DNA of 63,109 nt, counting the filler, from Octopus bimaculoides (Eukaryota): the NCBI RefSeq assembly GCF_001194135.2. It is 6 parts of 6 records of this genome, joined end to end, with 100 filler letters (N's around TTAATTAATTAA, not from the genome) between each part and the next. Parts side by side here need not be neighbours in the genome. Positions count along the whole stretch, not along the records: positions 57,887 to 63,109 come from NW_026396847.1; 5 more parts are not named here. One strand, written 5' to 3'. The notes under the pieces were generated by a model, which saw only the letters and a program-made list of their open reading frames with translations, was not told where the DNA came from and did not search any database. Below, in pieces: positions 61,996-63,109 of this stretch (the first letter of the stretch is position 1; each line of letters opens with the position of its first letter). A program made the position numbers and the translations under genes.

Positions 61996-62794
61996 TATAT
62001 ATATATATATAATACAAAAATAAAACATATATGCATATATACGTACATGTATGTACATACCTACATCAACATGTATATATAGATGCATATCTGGGTACAG
62101 GATGTTGCAAAAAAACGTGGACAAAATGATAAACAGAGTACAGAAAACACACAGGCCACATAGAGAACATTTCCTTCATCAGCTGCCACCATTCTAAAAC
62201 TAAGCGTTTCGAAGAGTTAGGGAAGGACGCATCGTTAGAATGGCTCTTCCCCCGGACCACAAATTAAATTTGTACCATTGAGGAATGTAGTGGCGGACAG
62301 AAAACAAGACAGGAAAATGAAACAATATATAAGTTACTTGGTGACCTCATTGGAGCTGGTGCTACATAAAAAACATCTGGTCCACACAGTAAAATTGTCA
62401 ACATTTGGAAGGACATCTAGTTGGGAAAACCATACCAAAATAAACCTCATTAGCACTGTAAAAACCACAGAGTCCACTCTGAAAACCATGATTTTACAGT
62501 CTAGAACTTTCCTTATAATTTCATGTCGGTTAATGATTTTGTCTTTGAAATATGCCTGAAAGATTAAAAAAAAACAAAATCTAGATTTCATACCACCACC
62601 TTGAGGAAAATACTCCATAATGACTGTATTATACAACGGCTCTCTTTTTCTCTCTCCTTCTTTCACACACACACACACGCATACAGAGTGTTGTGTGTGT
62701 GTATACGTAAGAATGCATGTATGTATATATGTGTGTGTATGAAATCATGTATGTACATATGTGTGAGTATGAATGCAGGTAAGTACATATATAT

Positions 62795-63060
62795 ATATGG
62801 GAGAATTCACGAAAAAGCAACAGACGAAGACAGGTGGTGTAAACAACAAATGGATGTATTAGTATAACGCTCGGGAATAGAGAAAGTCTTTAATGCTTCA
62901 AGCCTATGCTCTTCAGCAGAAAGGAACACAGAAAGAAATAAGGAGAGAAACAAGGAGAGAAAAAAATATGTATAGTGGTCAGCAATCTATCATGGCAAAT
63001 GCTGGACAGAAGGGTCACACAGGAGAGTTAAGAAGAAGGAGAGAAAATAAAGTAGTAGTG
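62795..63060 (-). mobile_element. PLE pseudo-LTR-like repeat family F
   Basis: Aligns with 6850-7036; minus strand cttt CTGCTGA A GAG catagg CTT GAAGC ATT AAAG. Confidence 0.6.
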
Positions 63061-63109
63061 ATCCCAAAACAAAGGTGTGTGTGTGATATATATATATATA
63101 TATATATAC

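Noticed and set aside
62195-62260. Minus-strand GAAGAG...CTCTTC-GAAAC stem in a repeat shared with 28495-28640
   Set aside because: Core (CGGGGGA), cleavage triplet and stem I all fail; may be a very old HHR but cannot be supported from this copy.

Overview
This is not prokaryotic DNA. It is a repeat-dominated, AT-rich animal genomic window, most likely from an octopus: the dense (TA)n/(CA)n/(TACA)n/(TAGA)n microsatellites and the tRNA-derived SINE types resemble those I recall from octopus (inference, not database-confirmed). Five identical artificial 100-bp joints (44 N + TTAATTAATTAA + 44 N) split it into six segments: 1-12833, 12934-16937, 17038-40409, 40510-54314, 54415-57786 and 57887-63109. 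Adjacency across these joints is not sequence-supported. No intact host gene, rRNA, tRNA, CRISPR array or intact transposon ORF is supported, and most listed ORFs are microsatellite or N-gap artefacts. The window holds decayed mariner and Tc1/maT DNA transposons with their MITEs, LINE remnants (CR1/L2-like, RTE, R4/Dong-like with restriction-like endonuclease), several SINE families, and many Penelope-like element (PLE) remnants (RT and GIY-YIG pieces, pseudo-LTRs). The strongest signal not explained by the ORF track is about ten hammerhead-ribozyme (HHR) motifs in at least four or five sequence families on both strands, most with a palindromic, dimer-capable stem III. Two keep an intact catalytic core (14631-14707 and 30505-30544), and one family has an unusually long, branched stem II. 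PLE-associated minimal HHRs are known biology; whether these particular families are described, or cleave, is untested. Other observations: a PLE RT inversion with a perfect 56-bp inverted duplication, a 16-unit minisatellite grown from a mariner stop codon, a palindromic 19-bp array, a 208-codon acidic open frame, and two or three weak unique-sequence exon or ncRNA candidates. All structures were paired by eye, and element boundaries are approximate unless exact motif coordinates are given.
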